Part shown: positions 63,601 through 64,000 of the stretch, one piece after another
Layout: the number at the start of each line of letters is the position of its first letter
Position numbering within the stretch: the stretch's first letter is position 1
From: Phoronis australis
Lineage: Eukaryota; Animalia; Phoronida
Direction of reading: 5' to 3'
Assembly (NCBI GenBank): GCA_002633005.1
Contig: NMRA01000161.1
Coordinates: 262,101-326,100 of the forward strand
DNA: 64,000 nucleotides
The notes under the pieces: model-generated
Databases searched by the model: none
Seen by the model: the letters and a program-made list of their open reading frames with translations, nothing else
Told to the model about the DNA's origin: nothing
Made by a program: the position numbers and the translations under genes

Positions 63601-63770
63601 ATGGTTCTTCAAATTCGTCCACCCCAGCTCAGTCAGTCTCGGACAAAGACATTGAGAAAGATGATGAAAACCTATATACCAATCTTCCATTGGACAAACT
63701 TCAGCAATACTCGATCATCTTGTCAGAAATCAACCGGAAGTTCTGTGGACAAAATTTTCAGCCAGTCTGA
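54642..63770 (+). CDS. C16orf87: UPF0547 protein C16orf87 homolog (N-terminal Cys zinc-ribbon, AT-hook-like GRGRPK), 5 exons, ~173 aa
   Basis: join(54642-54677,55935-56016,56127-56233,61560-61674,63589-63770), with exons 2-3 also present at 58479-58560 and 58671-58777. Motifs [38 protein letters not shown] and LYTNL...LSEINRK match the C16orf87 family. Confidence 0.92.
55935..56016 (+). CDS. C16orf87: C16orf87-like exon 2 (copy A)
   Basis: cttttcag|[27 protein letters not shown]+G|gtaaag. Confidence 0.88.
56127..56233 (+). CDS. C16orf87: C16orf87-like exon 3 (copy A)
   Basis: tttacag|(V)[35 protein letters not shown]|gtaatc. Confidence 0.86.
57496..57665. repeat. 44-bp minisatellite, ~4 units
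   Basis: Unit tgtatcagtaggtctgggtcagttcatatcattagtccagtacg. Confidence 0.95.
58479..58560 (+). CDS. C16orf87: C16orf87-like exon 2 (copy B, probable second haplotype)
   Basis: Same sequence and splice sites as 55935-56016. Confidence 0.7.
58671..58777 (+). CDS. C16orf87: C16orf87-like exon 3 (copy B, probable second haplotype)
   Basis: As 56127-56233 but with TCC->CCC (S->P) and synonymous AGG->CGG. Confidence 0.7.
60047..60304. repeat. 44-bp minisatellite, ~6 units (duplicate of the 57496 locus)
   Basis: Same unit as at 57496. Confidence 0.95.
61560..61674 (+). CDS. C16orf87: C16orf87-like exon 4
   Basis: ttttgtacag|VSRRRTESNKSEDNSETPKKQGRGRPKGSGTKAKAAPE+G|gtacga. Confidence 0.86.
62383..62592 (-). 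mobile_element. tRNA-derived SINE-like element with ~51-bp tandem-duplicated tail
   Basis: Minus strand reads CCCCGTGGTGTAGTGCTTAGAG...AGTTCAATCCCAGC..GCGCCA, followed by an A-run and two ~51-bp repeats. Confidence 0.5.
63051..63451. mobile_element. 401-bp PIF/Harbinger-like MITE (copy 2, C16orf87 intron 4)
   Basis: Same TIRs, with CTG TSD at 63048-63050 and 63452-63454. Confidence 0.85.
63589..63770 (+). CDS. C16orf87: C16orf87-like terminal exon 5
   Basis: ...DDENLYTNLPLDKLQQYSIILSEINRKFCGQNFQPV*. The acceptor could be 63589, 63595 or 63598 (all in frame). Confidence 0.88.
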
Positions 63771-64000
63771 CAAATGATGTGTTTGTGCAGTTAGCTGTGG
63801 AAGTTGTCAGGAACAGGATATCAAGACGGATAATTCTGCATCATGATTTCAACACATTTTTCGCTGGCCAACTGATGTTTAGCTTCTTTATTCTCCAGGT
63901 TCAGTCAGGTTATATTGTTCAAGACCAGAGTTTGGTCAAGCCATGTGAAAAGGGTGGTGACCTCTGTACATTTTATGGCATCTATAATACAAGCTCAGTA

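Overview
AT-rich eukaryotic (metazoan, probably marine invertebrate deuterostome; inferred) draft-assembly DNA with one 632-nt gap and four single-N contig joins. Three intron-containing genes can be fully reconstructed by eye with GT-AG sites and consistent phases: a 7-exon dual oxidase maturation factor (DUOXA/moladietz-like; +, 40127-47764, ~412 aa), a 3-exon TMEM256 (-, 54235-51456) and, head-to-head with it, a 5-exon C16orf87/UPF0547 homolog (+, 54642-63770). Exons 2-3 of the last gene appear twice, probably as two assembled haplotypes. The first ~40 kb contains no recognisable host gene and is full of transposon relics: a decayed Academ element with intact ends, MITEs, LINE fragments and tRNA-derived SINE heads. 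The two most unusual signals are (i) ~45 copies of TACATGTA, two of which are demonstrably 6-bp insertions at a TA and match the Tc1/mariner excision footprint, and (ii) a Helentron-derivative-like element whose ~150-bp tandem units each carry a co-oriented CTCF-like motif. No prokaryote-type system (CRISPR, operon) is present.
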